Positions 1 to 6,701 of a stretch of 44,052 bases of DNA are shown one piece after another (positions within the stretch are counted from its first letter, which is position 1; every line of letters starts with the position of its first letter). Where the stretch lies: contig CAYVWS010000002.1 of the NCBI GenBank assembly GCA_964455535.1, positions 1 through 44,052 of the forward strand, read 5' to 3'. The notes beneath the pieces are model-generated. The model was given only the letters and a program-made list of their open reading frames with translations, made no database searches and was not told where the DNA came from. A program made the translations under genes and the position numbers. Source of the DNA: an uncultured Ignavibacteriales bacterium (lineage in GTDB: Bacteria > Zixibacteria > MSB-5A5 > GN15 > FEB-12).

Positions 1-185
1 ACAACGTCGCCGTCGGTGATCTGCGTGGCGCGGTACTTTTCGGCGGTGCCGATCGTGCCGGAAACGTCAGTATCCTTGGGCGGATATCCGCTGATCGCGA
101 ATCCGATGATCCCCAGGGTGATGATGCCGATGCCGCCGATTAAGACGCGACGCATCGTGGGCTGATTTCCATTTGCTCCTGCCAT
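1..185 (-). CDS. hypothetical membrane-anchored protein, N-terminal fragment (gene continues past window start)
   Basis: Absent from the ORF track because no stop lies in the window. ATG at 185..183 (minus) with GGAGG 5 nt upstream (rc of cctcc 191..195). Hand translation MAGANGNQPTMRRVLIGGIGIITLGIIGFAISGYPPKDTDVSGTIGTAEKYRATQITDGDV shows one N-terminal TM helix. Co-oriented with and downstream of the sigma/anti-sigma pair. Confidence 0.5.
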   Translation of the reverse strand, partial: MAGANGNQPTMRRVLIGGIGIITLGIIGFAISGYPPKDTDVSGTIGTAEKYRATQITDGDV

Positions 186-299
186 AAAAACCTCCAGTGA
201 GGGGTGGATATGTGTATCTGAACTATTTATTCCTGTGATCTGACCAACATACAGCGCTAAGCGGCAAAAGTTGGTAGGATTGACCCAAAATATCTACTT

Positions 300-1085
300 T
301 TATTCGCCCTGGGCGGCTGAGCCGGTAGAAATTTCCTGTCGGGCGCTCAGGCGGTCGTCGGAAATATCCAGTTTGAGCGTCGAGACTGCCGCCGTGCGAT
401 CCTCAAAAGTCACGCGATAAGCAGTGCCCGGTGTGGCGGTGAACTGAATCTGATTGTCAGCCGATTGAGGGCTGATGGCCGAACCGGCGGCGGTGACTGA
501 AGTCAACGCGAGGTCGGAATGATCGAACGAAAGGGCCACGTGGGCGACATCGGTCGGGTTTGCCAAGATGTTGACTGTCAATGTCTTACCTGTGCGGGTC
601 AGGTCGAACTGAGCGCTTGAATGGCCAGCTGAGACGGTTCCGGAAGTGAGAAAGATCTGTTGGCTGCCTGAGGTACCGATAGTTCCGGACAGGTCATTTC
701 GCGAAAGCTGATTGGCGCCGCTAAAAATGCTGACCACAAGAATAACTGCCGCCGCACCGGCGAATGTGCCAAGCGCCAGATTAAACGACGGGCTGAATTT
801 CCACTGCTTCTTTAAGGAGGCAAAGAACTCTATTGAGTGACGGGTCTTGGTGGCTACAGGGGCTTTTTGTGTTGCGATGCTCGCCATCACATTGGCTTTG
901 AGGTCCCGCGGCGGCGCGACGCGCTCGACCTTGCCGAGATTGTTTTGGGCCAAAACCAGCGAGTCAAAGTACTGGCGGGCGGCCGGATCGCGCTCGAGAA
1001 GGGTGCGGAGTTCATTGTGATCTTCGGTGCCGGCAAGGCCGTCGATTACCCGGTTGAAAAGCTCAATATCAGATTGCTTAATCAT
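300..1085 (-). CDS. putative anti-sigma factor (single-pass membrane protein, no zinc-finger motif)
   Basis: ORF 300..1211 trimmed to ATG 1085 (MIKQSDIELF...), which overlaps the sigma-factor stop by 8 nt (ATGATTAA), as in coupled sigma/anti-sigma pairs. Helical N-terminus, one TM helix (LALGTFAGAAAVILVVSIF), extracytoplasmic tail. No HxxxCxxC motif. Confidence 0.6.
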   Translation of the reverse strand: MIKQSDIELFNRVIDGLAGTEDHNELRTLLERDPAARQYFDSLVLAQNNLGKVERVAPPRDLKANVMASIATQKAPVATKTRHSIEFFASLKKQWKFSPSFNLALGTFAGAAAVILVVSIFSGANQLSRNDLSGTIGTSGSQQIFLTSGTVSAGHSSAQFDLTRTGKTLTVNILANPTDVAHVALSFDHSDLALTSVTAAGSAISPQSADNQIQFTATPGTAYRVTFEDRTAAVSTLKLDISDDRLSARQEISTGSAAQGE

Positions 1086-1626
1086 GGTGTACCGCCTTTT
1101 GATCGGAAAGCGCCAGACCCAGTTGTCGGCGGGCGGAAAAGAGTCGAGACTTGACGGTCTTTTCCGGAATCCGCAGGGTGGCGGCGATTTCTTCGTAAGA
1201 TAGGTCTTCAAAGTGGCGCAGGACGACGACCGCCCGGTACTCGGGAGTCAGGCCAGCCAGCGCTTGGTCTACTGTTTTGGAGAGTTGGGAGGCAGCGAAG
1301 GAGTCTTCGGGGGTCGGCGCATCGGCGATGATGGTTTCGGAGATCGGATCGGAGACCCGTCGACGGGCCTTGAAATTGAGCGACTCGTTGATCGCCATCC
1401 GGTAAATCCAGCTGAAGAACTTGTGCTCGCCGTCGTAGCTCGCCAGATTCTGGTAGGATTTCAAAAAGACGGTCTGGGCGATGTCCTGAGCGTCTTCGTA
1501 TCGGCCAACCATTCTCAGCGCCACGTTAAATACTGCCTCCTGGTGTCGGTCGACCAGTTCTTCGAAGGCCTTTCGATCGCCTTGAAGCGACTGGGCAACC
1601 AGGGTTTTGTCTTCTGCATCCGACAT
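1078..1626 (-). CDS. ECF-type RNA polymerase sigma factor (sigma-70 group 4)
   Basis: 182 aa. Region 2 (DAQDIAQTVFLKSYQNL...FFSWIYRMAINESLN) and region 4 HTH (LTPEYRAVVVLRHFEDLSYEEIAATLRIPEKTVKSRLFSARRQL) are textbook ECF sigma signatures. ATG at 1626. Confidence 0.9.
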   Translation of the reverse strand: MSDAEDKTLVAQSLQGDRKAFEELVDRHQEAVFNVALRMVGRYEDAQDIAQTVFLKSYQNLASYDGEHKFFSWIYRMAINESLNFKARRRVSDPISETIIADAPTPEDSFAASQLSKTVDQALAGLTPEYRAVVVLRHFEDLSYEEIAATLRIPEKTVKSRLFSARRQLGLALSDQKAVHHD

Positions 1627-1805
1627 AATTACAGGCAGGGTTCGGAAAAGTTGGCGGACCGTCCGGAGATTTATCCGGTCGGGGGATCGGCAATCCTATA
1701 GTAAAAGGTGGTTAGAATTGACCTATGTTACACACCGACTTAGGCAACATAAACCGTTTTAGGGGAGGCGGCAAGGGGAAAGAGGCGGGCTCAAGCGGGC
1801 CCGAA

Positions 1806-2090
1806 CTACTCGAATTTGAGGACCTTGTCGAGGCGGGCCAGTCTGAAAATGTGGCCGATGTGTTCGTTGGCGCCGGTCAGGGTCAGCGAACCGCCCGAGG
1901 CGGCCAGCCGTTGATGCAGGCCGATGAACATGCCCAAGCCGGCGCTTGAGATGTATTCCAGGCCCGAGAGATTGATGCGAATTGCGCCTTGCAAAGAGCT
2001 CAGCTGTTTGGTGGCGGCGTCGGTCTGAGCGGCGTCCAAGCGACCGACCAGCGCAATCTGGCCGTTGGGGTCATTTAGTATCTGAAACAT
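1806..2090 (-). CDS. STAS-domain anti-sigma-factor antagonist (RsbV/SpoIIAA-like)
   Basis: ORF 1806..2276 trimmed to ATG 2090 (MFQILNDPNGQIALVGRLDA...), 94 aa. STAS pattern including the phosphorylatable-Ser context LSGLEYISSAGLGMFI. Confidence 0.8.
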   Translation of the reverse strand: MFQILNDPNGQIALVGRLDAAQTDAATKQLSSLQGAIRINLSGLEYISSAGLGMFIGLHQRLAASGGSLTLTGANEHIGHIFRLARLDKVLKFE

Positions 2091-2505
2091 CGGATCCTTC
2101 AATCTTCTTTTCGATGGTAATAATACCGTTTCCGTTTTCGTGCGAGTAGTGAAATTGGTCGGCGAAATGGCGAACGATGTGAAGCCCCATGCCGCCGGTG
2201 CGGCGCTCTTCGATGGGGATATCGAGATTGGTCGGGGGGAGTTGGGTGATATCGAGCTTGTCGACCTGCTGGTCAATCAGCCGTATACTCAGGATGTTCG
2301 CTTGGAGAGACAGGTTCAGCTCGATGTTTCCTCGAGTGCCGGTGCTGTGCCGCACGGCGTTGACAAACAGTTCTTCCAGCACGACCGCAAGTTCATTGGC
2401 AAGATGCTGCGACAACCGTGATTCGGTTGCAAACAGCTGGATCGTGTCGAAGAGTTCGTCAAGTGAACTAAGCGACCGCTCAAATCGACTAGTGCAAGAA
2501 GACAT
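2071..2505 (-). CDS. anti-sigma regulatory factor, Ser/Thr kinase (RsbW/SpoIIAB-like HATPase_c)
   Basis: ORF 2071..2601 trimmed to ATG 2505, 144 aa. N-box-like ELFVNAVRHS and G-box-like RRTGGMGLHIVRHFAD. Its stop overlaps the STAS start by 20 nt. No clear SD, so the start is moderately uncertain. Confidence 0.7.
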   Translation of the reverse strand: MSSCTSRFERSLSSLDELFDTIQLFATESRLSQHLANELAVVLEELFVNAVRHSTGTRGNIELNLSLQANILSIRLIDQQVDKLDITQLPPTNLDIPIEERRTGGMGLHIVRHFADQFHYSHENGNGIITIEKKIEGSDVSDTK

Positions 2506-2591
2506 AGGTTCTTTTTGGCTTGGCAGTGTTCCGCACAAGAAAATAGCCGAGCGCCAATGCGCCCGGCTATAGAAAGTACTGAATTTCTGTT

Positions 2592-4439
2592 CTACTGGCA
2601 AGCTGCCGTCGGGGCGAAACTGATATAGAGATAGTCGATCAAGCCGGAGAGATCGGCAATGTCAATTCCAGGTTGGCCGTCGACATTGGCTTCTTTCGGG
2701 CAGCAAAGCGGTGCGAAGGTGATGTACAAATTGTCGATCAGCGCACTGAGGTCGCTTATGTCAACGCCGTTGCCCGAATCGCAATCGATATTTCCGGTTG
2801 ACCCGATACAACAACAGGCGTCGCCAATTCCATCAGAATTGGCATCTTCCTGCCACGGATTTGCGACCGCGGGACAGTTGTCGGTGCAATACACGCCGTC
2901 ACCGTCGAGGTCGGCACAGTCTTCAATTGTTATGAATTGATCGGCGGCCACCGAACTGCGGATCGATTGGAAGCCCGACGGCCAGCGCACGATGATCGAG
3001 TCAACGACCGTTGCGTCAAGAAGTCCGAAGTGCTGTTCGAGATTGGTCGAGAAGAAACCGGAGGTTGAAGTCACGGTTCGGTGCTGCCAGGTGGGGACAC
3101 CACCCAGAATGGCCTTTATTGAAATTCTTGCGCCGATCCCCGAAGCATTGTTTCCGCTGTAGCCACGACAAGCGATCTGAAGCCAATGGTTTCCATTGCC
3201 GGAGTTCTTCAGGAGACGATTGCGCGAACCGGGAGAGAAGTAGCCGTAGGTGACAAACAGGTCAAGATCGCCGTCGCGATCGTAGTCCCCCCACGCGGCG
3301 CCGTGTGAAGCATAGCCGCCGATTGAAGCAATCGAAACCGCGGCCGTGACATCGGTAAACGTACCGTCGCCATTGTTGCGAAACAACTTGTCGTCCGCGC
3401 TGGTTTGTTCGGAAACGAAAATGTCAAGGTCGCCGTCGTTGTCGTAATCGCCCCATGTCGCTCCAGTCGACACGTTGGAATTCGTGATGAGTGTGCCGGT
3501 GGCAGGATTGGTGACTTTAGAAAATGTGCCTGTTCCGTCGGCGTGATACAACATGTTCGGTTTGGCGCCGGCGATCCCGCCCCACGTGGTGAGAAACAGA
3601 TCATCGAATCCGTCGTTGTCGTAGTCGCCCCACGCCGGGAAGAGACCATCGGAGGAGTCGGCGGATAGTCCCGTAAGTGTGTCCGCGGTGAATTGAGCCG
3701 TGGATGTTTCGATCAAGAGATTTCGGAAGACCACGTCATTCTCATTAGCAACCGGCGCGCCGGTGCTCACAAAGAGATCGAGGTCGCCGTCACTGTCGAT
3801 ATCTGTCCAGGTTGGATACGAATAGTTGTGCAGGGTGGTAGCGACGGGCGCGGCGGTTTGAAGTGTAAAGGTCTCATTGCCGTTGTTGTGATAGAGTTCA
3901 AGGGTAGTGCCTGAGGTCGGGCCAACCACATCACGCGTACAAATGACTATATCGAGATATGAGTCATTGTCGTAATCGCCCCATGCGGCGGCATAATCAG
4001 AGCCGGACGTTGTCGTCATTGCTACACTGGGCTTGGTGAAGACTCCACCTCCGGAATTGTGATACAAGATATTGGTTGAGCCGGGATTGCAGACCAACAG
4101 GTCGGTTCGACCGTCGTTGTCGTAGTCGCCCCAGGTTTGGATCGCCGTCGATGTGAGATCGGTTGCCAGCGGAGCGGTTAGAGACTGGCTAAAACCGCCG
4201 GCGCCGTTATTCAGAAAAACCAGGTTCGCTGCGGCAGATGAGAATACTGCGGTCGAGACATACAGGTCGAGATCGTGATCGGCGTCGATATCGATCCAAC
4301 TGCACCCCTGACTTAAGAGGCCGTTGTTTAGTGTGATCCCCGAATCAACAGAAAAGGTTTGTCCCAGCGCCGAGGCGGCCACATAGAGAAAAGAGCATGT
4401 AATCAGGGCCAGGGCCCATACGATAACTGGTTTGGGCAT
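2592..4439 (-). CDS. secreted CRTAC1-like FG-GAP/VCBS repeat protein with ASPIC/UnbV domain, TSP3-like repeats and C-terminal dockerin-like module
   Basis: ORF trimmed to ATG 4439 (MPKPVIVWALALITCSFLYVAASALGQ signal peptide). Six WGDYDNDG(x)xDL-type FG-GAP/VCBS units. ASPIC/UnbV-like block (HWLQIACRG...GIGARISIKA...IVRWPSG). Thrombospondin type-3-like DLDGDGVYCTDNCPAVANPWQEDANSDGIGDAC. Terminal tag described separately. Confidence 0.85.
   Translation of the reverse strand: MPKPVIVWALALITCSFLYVAASALGQTFSVDSGITLNNGLLSQGCSWIDIDADHDLDLYVSTAVFSSAAANLVFLNNGAGGFSQSLTAPLATDLTSTAIQTWGDYDNDGRTDLLVCNPGSTNILYHNSGGGVFTKPSVAMTTTSGSDYAAAWGDYDNDSYLDIVICTRDVVGPTSGTTLELYHNNGNETFTLQTAAPVATTLHNYSYPTWTDIDSDGDLDLFVSTGAPVANENDVVFRNLLIETSTAQFTADTLTGLSADSSDGLFPAWGDYDNDGFDDLFLTTWGGIAGAKPNMLYHADGTGTFSKVTNPATGTLITNSNVSTGATWGDYDNDGDLDIFVSEQTSADDKLFRNNGDGTFTDVTAAVSIASIGGYASHGAAWGDYDRDGDLDLFVTYGYFSPGSRNRLLKNSGNGNHWLQIACRGYSGNNASGIGARISIKAILGGVPTWQHRTVTSTSGFFSTNLEQHFGLLDATVVDSIIVRWPSGFQSIRSSVAADQFITIEDCADLDGDGVYCTDNCPAVANPWQEDANSDGIGDACCCIGSTGNIDCDSGNGVDISDLSALIDNLYITFAPLCCPKEANVDGQPGIDIADLSGLIDYLYISFAPTAACQ
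2595..2816 (-). other. C-terminal Cys-clamped double EF-hand (dockerin-like) module, copy 1
   Basis: CCCIGSTGNIDCDSGNGVDISDLSALIDNLYITFAPLCCPKEANVDGQPGIDIADLSGLIDYLYISFAPTAACQ, the last 74 aa of the CRTAC1-like protein. Confidence 0.7.
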
Positions 4440-4543
4440 ATCGTCTACTTTCTGTGAGGGAGTCTGTATTGTAGATGGTACGGGGGCAAGATCGTGATGT
4501 TGCACCCACTGGCGTGCTGGAAGTGCTTTTCGCGCGTTTTCGC

Positions 4544-4581
4544 ACAAACGGCGGCTCTGCAGGGGCAGAGTCGCCGTTTGT
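4544..4581 (-). terminator. long intergenic hairpin downstream of the repeat-lipoprotein gene (no U-tract)
   Basis: acaaacggcggctctgc-aggg-gcagagtcgccgtttgt: 17-bp stem with one G.T position, 4-nt loop. Lies 20 nt beyond the stop at 4601. Neither strand has a T-run after it, so it is not a canonical intrinsic terminator. Confidence 0.35.
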
Positions 4582-4600
4582 GGTCGTCTCTGTGATCGCG

Positions 4601-5440
4601 TCAGATTTTGGTCATATTCAGACAGATGCTGATTGCGTGACCGTAGGCCGGTGGCGAAGTGAGCTTGATCTTGATGATCGTATTCGCCGACAAGGTCAGC
4701 TCTTTTATCCAGAGCGGAGTGGTTGCGGCCTGCCAGTAGTAGTCTTTTCCGTTGATGTTCACTACGATCGTCTGCAGGGGTTGATCCTTTTCGGCATACC
4801 CGGAGAATTCGAGCCGGTAGTCGCCGGCGGCGTTTCTAAACATCCAGACCAGATCTTTATCGCAGGAGGAGAGCTTGCCGCAGAAGGGCTCCGGTTCACA
4901 ATTGACCGGACCGACCTGCACCGTGTCAACTCGTACGACGGTGTCAACCGAAGTGATCGTGTCGACGGCAATGATAGTGTCGATGGTCGTGAGGGTGTCA
5001 TTGACGACCACCGTATCGTAGTGTACAACAGTGTGAGTCACGGTCACGGTGTCGACATGAGTCACCGTATCGGTATGAATCAGCGTGTCGATCACGGTCG
5101 TCGTTTCAGTTACTGTATCCACCATAGTCACGGTGTCATGAATGTAGTGCGGATCGATGATGTGAATAGTATCGAACCGGATGGTGGTGTCGATCTGTTG
5201 AATAGTATCATGCGCTACGGTGGTGTCCGTAGTTCGGATAGTATCGTAAATGCGGACTGTATCGATGCGAAGAGCGCTGTCGCTGGGAGTGAGCGTATCA
5301 AAGATGAAGACCGTATCCACCCGAGCCGGCGGGTTGTTCGACGGCGAGTTGTTGACCTCAAGCGGTTCGGAGCAACTGGCGAGATAGATCACACCCATTG
5401 CAACAAGCGACAGAAATCCGATGGCGAATGAGCGTTTCAT
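4601..5440 (-). CDS. lipoprotein with about 22 tandem Asp-Thr hexapeptide repeats
   Basis: 279 aa. Signal peptide plus lipobox-like LASC (Cys23). Residues 41-176 are hexapeptide units. C-terminal ~100-aa Cys-containing domain. ATG 5440 overlaps the upstream stop (ATGA). Confidence 0.85.
   Translation of the reverse strand: MKRSFAIGFLSLVAMGVIYLASCSEPLEVNNSPSNNPPARVDTVFIFDTLTPSDSALRIDTVRIYDTIRTTDTTVAHDTIQQIDTTIRFDTIHIIDPHYIHDTVTMVDTVTETTTVIDTLIHTDTVTHVDTVTVTHTVVHYDTVVVNDTLTTIDTIIAVDTITSVDTVVRVDTVQVGPVNCEPEPFCGKLSSCDKDLVWMFRNAAGDYRLEFSGYAEKDQPLQTIVVNINGKDYYWQAATTPLWIKELTLSANTIIKIKLTSPPAYGHAISICLNMTKI
4913..5320 (-). repeat. in-frame 18-nt periodic coding repeat (hexapeptide D-T-[VIT]-x-x-x)
   Basis: Asp at residues 42,48,54,...,108, then 118,124,130,(136=His),142,...,172. 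This is a strict 6-residue register with one 4-residue slip. At DNA level GTGTC/GTATC recurs every 18 nt. Confidence 0.85.
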
Positions 5441-6402
5441 CGGGCGCCTCCAAAGAGCTTATGGGCGGTAACAGTGAACATATAGTTGGCATTCTTAGCG
5501 TCAGACAGATCGGCGAAGGCGTTTCGTTCTTTCGACGGAACCCAGGCGCCGGTGACCGAAAGCCAGTTAAGCGGTTGGGCGCGCAGGCCAAAGAGCGCCC
5601 CTTCCGACAGGCGAACATATTTGTAATATTCGCGGGATATCTTCTCGATGCGAACCCAGCCAACAAGAAATCCCAGGCGCGTGCTCTCGAACGGAAAGAC
5701 AATCAGGTTGCATCCGGCCATGCGACGACGGGTCGAGAATTCCAGCGTATCCGATTCATAATTGCCGTTCCAGAACGTGTAACCGCCGACCGCTTCAACG
5801 TAGAGTTTCTGCTTCCAGGTGATGGCGCCGCTGACAATCGGCATCCCGCCGAATCGCGCGACGGCCACACCGCCACCGATTTGAATTCCCAGGTGTTCGA
5901 CCGGTGGTGGCGTCTGGATGATTTGCGGAGCCACCGGCTCGGTTTTGGCGGGAACAGTTTCGACGCGGACAATCGTTTCTTTGGGAGGTATCACGACGCG
6001 AATGGAAGCAAATCGATATTGACTGCCGATCACGGCGGCATCGAGCGACTGGATGATCAGGCGGGTAGAATCGACCGAGAAATGATCGATCAGCCAGCGT
6101 CGAAGGATGTGCGCGCGACCAAGCGCGAGGCCGGGATTTTTGGCGTCGTGACTTTCCTGATATTTTTCACCGTCGGCGCCACCGGTGATGATGGCCAGCG
6201 CGGAGGTGTTATCGCGAAGGGCGTCGGCGACCGTCTGCAGTTTGGCCTGGTAGGGTTCGAAGATTTTTGGATCGACACTTCCGCCGACACCGAGCGGGAA
6301 GTCGCTGATGACGACATCCTGCGCCACAGCAGCGACGCTGAACACGATCAGCGCGAGGGCGGTTACTACCAGAAGTTTGGCGAGCAACATTGTGACTTTC
6401 AT
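5437..6402 (-). CDS. secreted protein with N-terminal OmpA_C-like domain and C-terminal beta-rich domain
   Basis: ORF 5437..6639 trimmed to ATG 6402 (MKVTMLLAKLLVVTALALIVFSVAAVAQD signal peptide, GGAG 9 nt upstream; ATG 6411 is an alternative). OmpA_C-like motif LAIITGGADGE...NPGLALGRAHILRRWL, Pro-rich linker, then ~150 aa of beta-strand-like sequence. Confidence 0.7.
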   Translation of the reverse strand: MKVTMLLAKLLVVTALALIVFSVAAVAQDVVISDFPLGVGGSVDPKIFEPYQAKLQTVADALRDNTSALAIITGGADGEKYQESHDAKNPGLALGRAHILRRWLIDHFSVDSTRLIIQSLDAAVIGSQYRFASIRVVIPPKETIVRVETVPAKTEPVAPQIIQTPPPVEHLGIQIGGGVAVARFGGMPIVSGAITWKQKLYVEAVGGYTFWNGNYESDTLEFSTRRRMAGCNLIVFPFESTRLGFLVGWVRIEKISREYYKYVRLSEGALFGLRAQPLNWLSVTGAWVPSKERNAFADLSDAKNANYMFTVTAHKLFGGAR

Positions 6403-6701
6403 GGCACGCATCTCCGTTCCGATGAGACCTTTCGCAGACGATTGCATGGGGGGAATCCCATACTGACGCCGGCGAGTTGTATCTCCTTTGGCGACAACGG
6501 GTAATTTGCGTCGCGCCGGAGGTCTCTGTATTTGGATACTATAGAGAGCAAACGGCGGGCCGGGTGAGTTTCTCCGGTATGCAGGCATGGCTGGACAACC
6601 AAATGAGCGGCTTGTGTCGATCTCGCGCGAGTAGTACATTGTTCGTGGTTACGTGGAACGATTTGGCGACGTCCGAATGATCGGGACTCAGGAGGGAACG
6701 G

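Noticed and set aside
1086-1211. Longer N-terminal extensions offered by the ORF track for several genes. Examples are anti-sigma from TTG 1211, the RsbW-like gene from TTG 2601, the FG-GAP protein from 4547, OPT from TTG 9295, the portal from 30689 and the capsid gene from 36745
   Set aside because: The extensions overlap upstream genes or lack an RBS. Internal ATG/GTG starts are preceded by SD sequences and begin with signal peptides or family-typical N-termini.
4475-6504. Plus-strand ORFs 4475..5431 (318 aa) and 5398..6504 (368 aa)
   Set aside because: They mirror the hexapeptide-lipoprotein and OmpA-like genes on the opposite strand. The translations are Arg/Asp/Gly/His-rich without motifs or signal sequences. 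The minus-strand genes are supported by signal peptides, an ATGA coupling and an RBS.
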